Part shown: piece by piece, positions 49,960-59,039 of the stretch
Numbering within the stretch: the first letter of the stretch is position 1
Layout: every line of letters starts with the position of its first letter
From: Candidatus Latescibacterota bacterium
GTDB taxonomy: Bacteria; Latescibacterota; UBA2968; GCA-2709665
DNA: 64,000 bases
Reading direction: 5' to 3'
Assembly (NCBI GenBank): GCA_963667175.2
Contig: CAXXXF010000015.1
Location: forward strand, 192,001 to 256,000
Notes under the pieces: generated by a model
Database searches by the model: none
The model's input: the letters and a program-made list of their open reading frames with translations, nothing else
Told to the model about the DNA's origin: nothing
Translations under genes and position numbers: made by a program

Positions 49960-50586
49960 TCACTCTCCCGCGGGCGTATCGTAGCCGGCCTGGATCAGTT
50001 CGTCGATGAACTGAGAGGAACTCTCCTGCATATCGATGATGATCTTATCGATCTTGGAGACGAAGAGGTTGTGAAGTGCCTGGATCGGAATGGCGATCAC
50101 CAGACCGGACGCCGTGGTGATGAGCGCTTCGGAAATACCCGCGGCCACGATACTGGGCTCGACGTCGCCAGCCTTCGCGATGGCGTCGAAGGCGCTGATC
50201 ATACCGCTCACCGTACCGAGGAATCCGAGCAGCGGCGCGATATTGGCCACGGTGGATAACCAGACCATGCCTTTTTCCAGGAATGCCATTTCGATGGCGC
50301 CGGATTCTTCAATGGCCTTTTCGACGTGTTCAATCCCCCGATCAAGGCGAAGAAGACCGGCATGGAGAACCGAGGCGACGGGGCCGCGGTGACTCGCGCA
50401 AACCTCGGCGACGCCTTCCGGCCCCCGTTGCTTCAGCGCCTCCTGAACCGCAGTGAAGAATTCCCGGGTGTTAATTGAAGACCGCCACAACGACCAGAAT
50501 CGTTCGATACTGACCGCGATACCGAAAAGCAACATCAGCAGAAGCGGGTGCATAAAGGGCCCGCCATTGACGTAAAGTTCAACCAT
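49960..50586 (-). CDS. exbB: MotA/TolQ/ExbB proton channel
   Basis: APLLGFLGTVSGMI.AF, GISEALITTASGL. Confidence 0.95.
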   Translation of the reverse strand: MVELYVNGGPFMHPLLLMLLFGIAVSIERFWSLWRSSINTREFFTAVQEALKQRGPEGVAEVCASHRGPVASVLHAGLLRLDRGIEHVEKAIEESGAIEMAFLEKGMVWLSTVANIAPLLGFLGTVSGMISAFDAIAKAGDVEPSIVAAGISEALITTASGLVIAIPIQALHNLFVSKIDKIIIDMQESSSQFIDELIQAGYDTPAGE

Positions 50587-50775
50587 AACTTCAATCCCCC
50601 AGTTGATGATGTGAATGCTCGCTGCGGTGGAATCGTGCGCGCCGGAAGCGCAGGTCCGGACGTCTGTCCAGCGGTTTCGAGATGGATCGAGGATCGTCGG
50701 AAGGCATCGGTTTTCTCAGTTCTGCCGCGACGGAAGAAAGGAAGAAACGTCGCATATCCAGAGACCAAGCTCCCC

Positions 50776-51978
50776 TTACTTTTTCCCTTCGATATCTACC
50801 TCCTCCTCTTTCTTCTTTTTGAAGAACTCCAGTCTCTTTTTCTCTTCTTCCGACATCGGCGGGTCGATTTCGTCGATCATCCGCCTGGCGTTTCCCGCCC
50901 AGAGCGGATCCTTACCGGCCTTCTTGAACCATCTCAGCGCGTTGACGGAATCCCGGGCGGCATTGGACTTCTTCCACCTCTTATAATGGTACTCTCCCCG
51001 CATGTAGTTGAATTTTCCGTTTCCCGGATCCAGTCTGAGACCTCTGTCGACCAGGCCGATATCGCCGGTCAGGTCGGCCAGTTGCTCGACGACGCTCAGG
51101 TTGTCGGGCTGAATCCTGATCATCTTTCTCAGCAGGCCGATCTGAAACCGCCTGGATTTTCCGAGCTGTTTACCCAGTGTGAGCAACTGGTCCAGATAGA
51201 GAAAATCCTCCGGGCTGTGGGCGTGGAGTTTCTCGTATGCGCTGAACGCCTTCCGGTCCATGCCCAGCCGGCTGTACATCCTGGCGAGATTGTCCAGAGT
51301 CTTGAAATCGTCGGGGTTTATTTCGAGAAGACGCTCCATCTCCTTCAGGGCTTCGTCTTCATCGCCCATATGCAGCGTCAGCTTGGCGATCGCATCCTGG
51401 ACGTCGGGGTTATTCGGTTCCAGTTCGCCCCAGCTGCGTGTGTGCTTCAACGCCGATTCGTAATCCTCTATTTCAATATACAGCGCGACCAGCTGATGCA
51501 GGTATTGAATCTTCTGTTCCGGTTTTTTGGCTATGGCCAGAAGCTTTTCGTAGACATCGATGGCCTTCTCGGGCATCTGTTCCAATACGTAAAGCTGGCC
51601 GAGGTAATAGAGCGCGTTTCGCGCATTGGGACCCGTTGGATTCAGCTCGATCGCTTTCTCGAACCAGTCGATGGCGTCCCGGGGCTCTTCCGTCTCATTG
51701 TACAGCTTGCCCAGATAGTACGCGGTCTGGGCGTTCCGGGAATTGAAGTCCCAGGATTTCGTCAGCTGCAGAAGCGCGTCTTCGTACTGTTTGTTATCCA
51801 GATATCGCTTGCCGAAATAAACGTGTTTCCTCGACATGGCGCCGGAGTCGACGGGCGCCTCTCGCGCCTTGTGATCATCCTTCTTCGACTTTCTTCTGGC
51901 ATCGACCGGCGAAAACAGACCCAGGATCAGGAAGCCGCAGAGAAAGATGGTGACGCCGTCCGCAAGCCTGTATTTCAT
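50776..51978 (-). CDS. Secreted TPR protein
   Basis: Signal peptide after MKYRL (GAGGAG RBS); TPR repeats. Confidence 0.85.
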   Translation of the reverse strand: MKYRLADGVTIFLCGFLILGLFSPVDARRKSKKDDHKAREAPVDSGAMSRKHVYFGKRYLDNKQYEDALLQLTKSWDFNSRNAQTAYYLGKLYNETEEPRDAIDWFEKAIELNPTGPNARNALYYLGQLYVLEQMPEKAIDVYEKLLAIAKKPEQKIQYLHQLVALYIEIEDYESALKHTRSWGELEPNNPDVQDAIAKLTLHMGDEDEALKEMERLLEINPDDFKTLDNLARMYSRLGMDRKAFSAYEKLHAHSPEDFLYLDQLLTLGKQLGKSRRFQIGLLRKMIRIQPDNLSVVEQLADLTGDIGLVDRGLRLDPGNGKFNYMRGEYHYKRWKKSNAARDSVNALRWFKKAGKDPLWAGNARRMIDEIDPPMSEEEKKRLEFFKKKKEEEVDIEGKK

Positions 51979-52079
51979 GACGTAACACTCCTCGGCGGGA
52001 CAACCGCACACTTCCGCCGATTTTTCGTAAATCGCTGGCATCAAGACGCATAGACACCTGTAGCACTTAGAAACATAGA

Positions 52080-52108
52080 AATCTAACGAATCGGAAATTG
52101 GATGTCAA
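52080..52108 (-). promoter_or_regulatory. Sigma70 promoter of TPR-exbBDD-tonB
   Basis: TTGACA-17-TAGATT on minus strand. Confidence 0.6.
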
Positions 52109-52237
52109 GGCAAAATCCATACCTGTTTATTGCGATTCTGTTACGAATCGAAATTGCGACACGTCAGGGAAATGTACCCGCGTCAGAACGGTGGACGGGC
52201 CGACGGCCGCTTGCCGGCCATGGGCGCCAGTTGCGTG

Positions 52238-52462
52238 TTGACACAACCCGGCGAATCCGGTATATTCGGTCACGATTCCCATCAGGATGTGCGTATCGTA
52301 TCTGTCACACCCGGGAGTTTCGCATGCGCAATACAATCCGGGCGTTGGGGCCTGCCATTAGGGACAGGTCTTCTCCGCCCCTGGTCGCCTCCGCACCGAG
52401 GAGGCGTCCGGCCTTGTAACGGGCGGTTGTGCAAACCCCTTGACACGTGTGTCAAGGGGTTT
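52238..52462 (+). ncRNA. Candidate sRNA/leader unit: promoter, ~190-nt structured RNA, 14-bp perfect inverted repeat
   Basis: TTGACA-17-TATATT (52238-52266); AAACCCCTTGACAC-GT-GTGTCAAGGGGTTT (52433-52462); contains a 31-codon ORF at 52324-52419. Confidence 0.35.
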
Positions 52463-52653
52463 CCTGTATCCGGCTACGTTGTGAAGGAAAGCGTATCGCG
52501 TGAATCATTCACGAGAATTCTCCGTTTTCTTGAATAACCTGTTGTTTTTCTGAATATTCAGTGTATGACATAAGAAAAACCGTAAAAGTTCAGGGATCGC
52601 GGTGGTCGTTGCGACGACGTGCGGTCTATGGTGAATCGACTCACTGCCGCAAC

Positions 52654-52920
52654 TCGTTTTCTCGTGCTTTTGTCGCGCTTTTTGGTCTTTATCCTGTTCA
52701 TCCTGCTTTATCCTGTTCATCCTGTTCATCCATGTAAATTCATGTTTCGCGGACGATTCAGAGAAAACGGGTCAGCTATGGATTTTTCGTTTTTTTCGCG
52801 CGTTTCGTAGTTTCTGATGTTCGTTTTCTCGTGATTTTCGGCTTTCATCCTGCTCCTGGTTTCTAATCCTGTTAATCCGGTAAATCCTGATCGGTTTTCA
52901 TCACTGTCCATCCATGTAAG
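52654..52920. repeat. Composite repeat patch (ATCCTGTTC 9-mers plus 50-bp repeat copy 2 at 52772-52821)
   Basis: Tandem ATCCTG(T/C)T(C/T) units; CGTTTTCTCGTG twice; 46/50 match to 17004-17053. Confidence 0.75.
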
Positions 52921-52989
52921 TTCTGTTTTGGTGAATTAATAGGGGTTGTGCTTTTTTCGAATTGAGATCAATAAACCGGGGAGACATTT

Positions 52990-54462
52990 ATGGACAGATC
53001 CACGGAAAAAATCGCCAAAGAGGGACTGACGTATGACGATGTGTTGCTGATTCCCGGAAAATCCGAGGTATTGCCCGGCCAGGTGGATCTGACCACGCAA
53101 CTCACCCGCGGGATCAGGTTGAATATCCCTCTGGTCAGCGCCGCCATGGATACCGTTACCGAGGCCCGGCTCGCAATCGCACTCGCCCAGGAGGGCGGTA
53201 TCGGAATCGTCCATCGGAATCTGTCCGTGGAGGAGCAGGCCGAAGAGGTGGCCAAGGTCAAGCGGTCGGAAAGCGGCATGATCGTCGATCCGCTGACGCT
53301 TTCGCCGGACAATTATATCCGGGAAGCGCTGGAGATGATGTCCAAGTATCGAATTTCCGGCGTGCCCATCGTCGACGAGAGCAGGAGGCTGGTGGGCATC
53401 CTGACCAACCGGGACCTCAGGTTCGAGAAAAACGTACACCGCAAGGTGTCCGAGGTCATGACGCACAAGGGGCTGGTGACGGCCCGGCTGGGAATCTCGC
53501 TTGAGGAAGCACAGGAAATCCTGCAGGAGCATCGCATCGAAAAGCTTCCCGTCGTCGACGATAAGGGCGTGCTGAAGGGTCTGATCACCGTGAAGGATAT
53601 CGAGAAGAAAATCCAGTATCCGCACGCGTGCAAAGACGGGCTGGGAAGGCTCCGCGTCGGCGCCGCCGTAGGGGTCGGCAATGACCTGGAAGCCCGCGTC
53701 GGGACGCTGGTCGACCGGGACGTGGACGTGATTGTCGTGGATACGGCGCACGGCCATTCGCGCGGCGTTCTCGAAGCGGTCGAACGGATCAAGAATGCCT
53801 TTCCCGAAACCGAAGTGATTGCCGGCAACATCGTAACCGCCGAAGCGGCGCGGGATCTGATTCTGGCCGGAACGGATGCCGTCAAGGTGGGTATGGGCCC
53901 GTCGGCGAGTTGCACCACCCGGGTCATCGCCGGCGCCGGCGTGCCGCAGATATCGGCGATCATGGACTGCGCGGAGGTCGCGGAGAAGGCAGGCGTCCCC
54001 GCGATTGCGGACGGAGGAGTCACCCAGTCGGGAGATATCACCAAAGCCCTCGCGGCGGGCGCGAATTCCGTAATGATCGGGTTCCTGTTCGCCGGGACGG
54101 ACGAGAGTCCCGGAGAAACGGTCATTTACCAGGGACGGACGTTCAAGGTGTATCGGGGTATGGGTTCGCTGGGGGCGATGCAGCGCGGGAGCAGGGACAG
54201 ATATTTCCAGGGAGGCGTTGAAGCCAATAAGCTGGTCCCGGAAGGAATCGAAGGGCAGGTGCCATACAAGGGATCGATCTCGGGATTCATCTATCAGCTC
54301 ATTGGCGGTCTGAGAGCCGGCATGGGCTATTGCGGGACGAGAACCATCGCGGAGCTCAGGAGGAACGGTCGATTCGTGAAGGTGTCGTCCGCGGGTTTCC
54401 GGGAAAGCCACGCGCACGACGTATCGGTGACGAAAGAGGCGCCAAACTACCGGCTCGAGTAA
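52990..54462 (+). CDS. guaB: IMP dehydrogenase
   Basis: [19 protein letters not shown] pair, [30 protein letters not shown]. Confidence 0.97.
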   Translation: MDRSTEKIAKEGLTYDDVLLIPGKSEVLPGQVDLTTQLTRGIRLNIPLVSAAMDTVTEARLAIALAQEGGIGIVHRNLSVEEQAEEVAKVKRSESGMIVDPLTLSPDNYIREALEMMSKYRISGVPIVDESRRLVGILTNRDLRFEKNVHRKVSEVMTHKGLVTARLGISLEEAQEILQEHRIEKLPVVDDKGVLKGLITVKDIEKKIQYPHACKDGLGRLRVGAAVGVGNDLEARVGTLVDRDVDVIVVDTAHGHSRGVLEAVERIKNAFPETEVIAGNIVTAEAARDLILAGTDAVKVGMGPSASCTTRVIAGAGVPQISAIMDCAEVAEKAGVPAIADGGVTQSGDITKALAAGANSVMIGFLFAGTDESPGETVIYQGRTFKVYRGMGSLGAMQRGSRDRYFQGGVEANKLVPEGIEGQVPYKGSISGFIYQLIGGLRAGMGYCGTRTIAELRRNGRFVKVSSAGFRESHAHDVSVTKEAPNYRLE

Positions 54463-54539
54463 AACGCCGACCCCCGGAAGGCACACGGCAGATGCTAATG
54501 TACATCTGCCGTTTCACATGCACATCAGGGACCGGGGAG

Positions 54540-55673
54540 ATGAGCGCAAGGTTCGATATCGAGGAGATTCGGACGCGGTTTCCGGTGACGCGGAACTGGA
54601 TATACATGAATCACGCCGGAATCGCGCCCATCTCCGAGTGCGTCTATCGGGCGATGGACGGCATGCTGCGGGACCTGACCCGCAACGGCATGGCAAACCT
54701 CCCGGAATGGGACGACGTATGCATGCGGACGCGGGCATCGGCCGCCCGCCTGGTCGGCGCGAACGCTGCGGATATCGCCTTCGTCAAGAATACGTCCGAA
54801 GGCATCCTGACCGTTGCAAACGGATTAACGTGGCGGGAGGGCGACAACGTCGTGATCCCCGACCGGGGGTTTCCGGCCAACGTCTACCCGTGGATCAATC
54901 TGGGGTCATCGGGCGTCGAGGTGAGGCGCGTCCCCGAGGTTGACGGGCGTATCCCGCTGGACGGTCTGTTGAATGCCGTCGACGCCCGGACACGCGTGCT
55001 GTCGGTGAGTTCGGTGGAATTCGCGAGCGGATTCCGTCACGACCTCCGGGAGATCGGCAGATTCTGCAAAGCGCGGGACGTTCTCTTCTTCGCGGACGTC
55101 ATTCAGAGCCTGGGCGCGCTTGCCCTGGACGCGGAGGACGCCGGGATCGATTTTCTTTCGGCCGACGCCCACAAGTGGCTTCTGGGTCCGGAGGGAATTG
55201 GCGTCTTCTATTGCTCGCCCCGCGCCAGGCAGCGCCTGCGAGTGATGAATCTGGGATGGGCGAACGTCGTGGATCCCAGGGACTTTCTGTCGTACAATAC
55301 CACGCTGTTGCCCGACGCCCGCCGGTTTGAATGCGGCACGTTGAATACGGTTGGCATCCACGGGCTGAGCGCCGGTCTCGAACTCCTTCATCGCGTTGGC
55401 ATCGATCGGATCGAAGCGAGAGTGCTTTCGCTGACCGATCGACTCTGTGCCGGCCTCGAGGAAAAAGGCTATGCCGTGCTCAGTTCGAGGGCGCCCGGCG
55501 AAAAGTCGGGCATCGTCGTCTTCCGTCACCCCCGCATCGACACGGAAGCGGTTTTTAAGACGCTGTCCGACGCTCGGGTCGTTTGCGCGATCCGTGGGGG
55601 TCGCGTCCGGCTCTCGCCGCATTTCTACAATACCGAAGAGGAAGTCGATCGTGTGCTGGGAGCGATTCCGTGA
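54540..55673 (+). CDS. Aminotransferase class V / cysteine desulfurase-like PLP enzyme
   Basis: YMNHAG, NTSEG, DVIQSLG, DAHKWLLGP, RLSPHFYN. Confidence 0.9.
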   Translation: MSARFDIEEIRTRFPVTRNWIYMNHAGIAPISECVYRAMDGMLRDLTRNGMANLPEWDDVCMRTRASAARLVGANAADIAFVKNTSEGILTVANGLTWREGDNVVIPDRGFPANVYPWINLGSSGVEVRRVPEVDGRIPLDGLLNAVDARTRVLSVSSVEFASGFRHDLREIGRFCKARDVLFFADVIQSLGALALDAEDAGIDFLSADAHKWLLGPEGIGVFYCSPRARQRLRVMNLGWANVVDPRDFLSYNTTLLPDARRFECGTLNTVGIHGLSAGLELLHRVGIDRIEARVLSLTDRLCAGLEEKGYAVLSSRAPGEKSGIVVFRHPRIDTEAVFKTLSDARVVCAIRGGRVRLSPHFYNTEEEVDRVLGAIP

Positions 55674-55684
55674 AGAGGGGAAAG

Positions 55685-56004
55685 CAGCTTTCAGCCATTA
55701 GCTCTCAGCACTCACCTTAAACCCGTTTACGATACGGCATCGCATTATGAGTCAGGGATAACTGCGACGGGAGGTGGGAAACCCCAGGAGTTTGGGAGAC
55801 GATAGAGAGAAACGGTTAGACTGGCAAGAAGAGACAAATGGTCGGGAGATGTGAGAAAGTAGACGGGAGAAGGCCACACGACCTGGCAACGGCATTGCGG
55901 TGTTGTGTTTGCAAGGTTTGCGGTGTTTGGTCTTCGGTCTTTGTTTCAAGCTGATTGCCGACGGCTGACTGCTGATTGCTGCTCTTTCTGACGGCTGATC
56001 GCCG
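55685..56004. repeat. Inverted heptamer arrays (CAGCnnT at 55685-55709; GCTGAnn at 55950-56004)
   Basis: CAGCTTT CAGCCAT TAGCTCT CAGC ... GCTGATT GCCGACG GCTGACT GCTGATT. Confidence 0.6.
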
Positions 56005-56038
56005 CTTTTCCTGGTGATAGGGGAGACAGGACACGACG

Positions 56039-56458
56039 ATGACGGGGAATGCCGCGGCGGCGGTCGAGGATGTTCTGGACGCATTGGAAAACGCCGTGGT
56101 CGGCGGGGATTCCGATGCATTGGGAGAAATCCTGGATGAGGACGTCTGCGCGTTTTTTTCGGGTGGAGATACGCCGGTACGGGGACGGCAGGCCGTCCTT
56201 GCGACCTGGATACGACACTTCAAGCGCTGGTCTGACGTACGAATACTGCGACGAAAGACGGTGATGGAAACCCATGGAAACGTGGCGTGGGTACACTTTC
56301 TGTGGGACGGCGAAGGCAGGACGGGCGCGCAACGCTACAGGCTGGAAGGCGAGCGGTGGACCGTGGTTCTGCGATTCGAGGACGGTTGCTGGCGGTTTGT
56401 ACAGATGCATTCGTCGATGCCTTACAGAGATTGGGAAGCGCACAGGGTCAGTGGATGA
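56039..56458 (+). CDS. NTF2/SnoaL-like protein
   Basis: GDSDAL..ILDED, GRQAV, GNVAWV, RWTVVLRFEDGCWRFVQMHSS. Confidence 0.85.
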   Translation: MTGNAAAAVEDVLDALENAVVGGDSDALGEILDEDVCAFFSGGDTPVRGRQAVLATWIRHFKRWSDVRILRRKTVMETHGNVAWVHFLWDGEGRTGAQRYRLEGERWTVVLRFEDGCWRFVQMHSSMPYRDWEAHRVSG

Positions 56459-56463
56459 AAAAG

Positions 56464-56504
56464 CAGTGGTCGGTGGATAGTGGTCAGTGGCCGGTGGATA
56501 GCAG
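56464..56504. repeat. Heptamer tandem repeat (Y-R-GTGG-n x5-6)
   Basis: CAGTGGT CGGTGGA TAGTGGT CAGTGGC CGGTGGA TAGCAG. Confidence 0.7.
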
Positions 56505-56654
56505 AAACCTCGCCACACCGCCCCGACCTATCCCCCCTGCCTGCCGAGAAACCACCGTCAGGCAGGGATCCTTTCCTGAAGGAACGGGAGAGGCGTCGTT
56601 AGCCTGGCAGCTTCCTCAGGATGTCAGCTACGGCGAGACGGTGGAAACCGGCGG

Positions 56655-57785
56655 ATGAAGAGGGTCGCGGTGGAGGAATTGCCGGAGACGATTCTGCAAT
56701 TTGGCGGAGGCAGCTTTCTCCGGGCGTTCGCCGATGTATTCGTACATGAAGCGAATGCCGGCGGTCACGCCGTGGGGCGGATTGTGGTGGTGCAGTCCAC
56801 CTCGGGCAACCGCGCGGCGCTGCTGAACGCGCAGGGCGGGCGCTATCACGTGGTCGTGAGGGGGTTGGCGGACGGCGTCGAAGTCGACAAGACCCTCGCG
56901 GTCCGGAGTATCAGCAGGGCGCTGCCGGCGAAATCGGAATGGGCCCGGGTGATCGACGTCGCCCGGACGCCGGCTCTGCGCATGGTGATCTCCAATACGA
57001 CGGAAGCGGGGTACGCGCTCGTCGATAACGATCGACCCGAAGTGCCCCGTTCGTTCCCCGCCCGGCTGCTCTGCGTTCTTCAGGCGCGGTACAGAGCCGG
57101 GTTGCCCGGGCTGGCGGTGCTGCCCTGCGAACTGGTGGCGCCGAACGGCGAGTTGCTTCGGGACCTGGTGCTTTCCCAGGCCGAAGCCTGGCGTCTGGAT
57201 TCAGGACTGAAGGACTGGATCCGGCGGGACGTGCGATGGGTGAACACGCTGGTGGATCGTATCGTCAGCGGCAGGCCGGCAGCGCATCCGCTCCTGGAAT
57301 CAGACGGGTTGCTGACGGCAGCGGAGCCGTTTGCGCTCTGGGTGGTCGAGGCGGAACCTGGCGATCTTTTCCCGCATCCCTGCGTCCGCTTCGTCCGCGA
57401 CGTGCGACCGTACGCATTGCGGAAGGTGCGCATCCTGAACGGCGCGCATACGGCGCTGGTGTGCAGGGCGCTGCCGGAGGGGTTGCGGACGGTCCGGGAG
57501 GCGGTCGGGAACCCGGTGGTCGGGCGGTGGCTGAGGCGCCTGGTTTTCGAGGAAATCGTACCCACGCTTCAGGACGTGGTGGAAGATGCGGGCGGGTTTG
57601 CCGAACAGGTGATGGAGCGATTCGCCAATCCCTTCCTGGACCACCGGCTCGAGGATATCGCGCTGCATCACGAAGAGAAAGTCCGCGTCCGCCTGACGCC
57701 GACCTATCAGGCGTTTCTGAAGGCATTCGGGCGGCCGCCGGAGTTGCTGTGGAACATCATCGCCCCGTACCTGGAGGAAAGTTAA
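56655..57785 (+). CDS. Altronate oxidoreductase-like (UxaB / mannitol dehydrogenase family)
   Basis: LQFGGGSFLRAF, SNTTEAG, SFPARL, PCEL..NG, NTLVDRIV, KVRILNGAHT, RFANPFLDH. Confidence 0.85.
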   Translation: MKRVAVEELPETILQFGGGSFLRAFADVFVHEANAGGHAVGRIVVVQSTSGNRAALLNAQGGRYHVVVRGLADGVEVDKTLAVRSISRALPAKSEWARVIDVARTPALRMVISNTTEAGYALVDNDRPEVPRSFPARLLCVLQARYRAGLPGLAVLPCELVAPNGELLRDLVLSQAEAWRLDSGLKDWIRRDVRWVNTLVDRIVSGRPAAHPLLESDGLLTAAEPFALWVVEAEPGDLFPHPCVRFVRDVRPYALRKVRILNGAHTALVCRALPEGLRTVREAVGNPVVGRWLRRLVFEEIVPTLQDVVEDAGGFAEQVMERFANPFLDHRLEDIALHHEEKVRVRLTPTYQAFLKAFGRPPELLWNIIAPYLEES

Positions 57786-57799
57786 CAGTCCGTTGAGGA
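57783..57799. mobile_element. Solo MITE end of the 4843-5002 family
   Basis: TAACAGTCCGTTGAGGA, 17/17 identical to revcomp of 4986-5002. Confidence 0.6.
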
Positions 57800-57806
57800 G
57801 GTGTTA

Positions 57807-59036
57807 ATGGATAACGCGGCGCTCCTGGGCGGGACCCCCGTCCGATCCGAACCGTTTCCGTCCTGGCCGCAGTCGGACGGACGCGACCTGGATCATTTGC
57901 GCGAGGTCCTGAAAACCAGCCTCTGGGGAGGCACGATTCATGGTCCGAGGGTAACGGCGTTCTGCGATGCTTTCGCAGAGTATTCGGATGCGCGGCGCGG
58001 CGTGGGGATGGGCAGCTGTACGGCCGGGCTGGAGTTGTCCCTCCGGGCATTCGGCGTCGGTCCGGGGGACGAAGTCATCGTCCCGGCCTACACGTTCATC
58101 GCAACGGCGCTGGCGCCGCTGGCAGCGGGCGCGGACGTCGTCTTCGTGGATATCGATCCCCGGACGTTCTGCGCAACGCCGGAGACCATCGAAAGCGCGA
58201 TTTCCTCCCGCACCAAAGCGGTGATTCCCGTTCATTTCGCCGGTCACGCCGCGGACGTGGAAGGCATCCGGGCACTGGCCGACAGGCACGGGCTGAAGGT
58301 CGTATGGGACGCGGCCCATGCCCACACCTCCGGATGGCGGGGCCGGATGCTGGGCGGTCCGGGCGACGTGGCGGTTTACAGTTTCAACCACGCAAAGAAC
58401 CTGACCTGCGGCGAGGGCGGGATTGTGACCACGAACGACGAGGAACTGGCGGACTTCCTGAAGTATACGCTTTCGACGTTCGGAAGGAAAAAGGGCCGTC
58501 CATGGTACGAACATCACCATCTGGGGTTTTCCGACCCACTGACCGAGTTTCAGGGCGCGATTCTGCAGGCGCAGTTCGAGCGGCTGGAGGAGCAGAGTCT
58601 CAAGCGCGAGGAGAACGCCAGGCTGCTGATACGCGGTCTGACGGAGGTTGACGGCGTCGATCCGCCGTACCTCTCTCCGGACGTCACCCGCCACGGTTGG
58701 CACTTGTTTGTAATGAGGTATGACGCGGACGCCTTTGGGGGGCTTCCGAAGGAGACCTTTCGCAGGGCGCTCGAAGCGGAGGGCATACCCAACGGCGGGT
58801 ATACCTATCCTCTATACGACAATCCCATGTTCAACCTGGAAACGGGGGAGGTCGCCGGCGCACAGGGCAGGTGCCGCGCGATGCCCTGTCCGGTGAGCGA
58901 ATGGGCGTGCCGGGACGGCGTATTCAATATCGCGCAATCGGTGCTGCTGGATGAGCCCGACGGCATGAACGATATCGTGACCGCGATCGAGAAGGTGAAA
59001 GCGAATGCCGGCGAGCTTCTGGACCGGAAGGAGTGA
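57807..59036 (+). CDS. DegT/DnrJ/EryC1/StrS PLP aminotransferase
   Basis: GVGPGDEVIVPAYTFIAT, PVHFAG, DAAHAH, SFNHAKNLTCGEGG. Confidence 0.93.
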   Translation: MDNAALLGGTPVRSEPFPSWPQSDGRDLDHLREVLKTSLWGGTIHGPRVTAFCDAFAEYSDARRGVGMGSCTAGLELSLRAFGVGPGDEVIVPAYTFIATALAPLAAGADVVFVDIDPRTFCATPETIESAISSRTKAVIPVHFAGHAADVEGIRALADRHGLKVVWDAAHAHTSGWRGRMLGGPGDVAVYSFNHAKNLTCGEGGIVTTNDEELADFLKYTLSTFGRKKGRPWYEHHHLGFSDPLTEFQGAILQAQFERLEEQSLKREENARLLIRGLTEVDGVDPPYLSPDVTRHGWHLFVMRYDADAFGGLPKETFRRALEAEGIPNGGYTYPLYDNPMFNLETGEVAGAQGRCRAMPCPVSEWACRDGVFNIAQSVLLDEPDGMNDIVTAIEKVKANAGELLDRKE

Positions 59037-59039
59037 ACG

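Noticed and set aside
52654-52920. Possible CRISPR array
   Set aside because: Repeats are short, degenerate and tandem, without unique 30-40 nt spacers; no cas genes in the window.
55755-55800. ZTP (pfl) riboswitch-like GGTGGGAAACC segment
   Set aside because: The other conserved elements (GACTGGCG and the 3' CGCCTGGGC pseudoknot strand) are missing.
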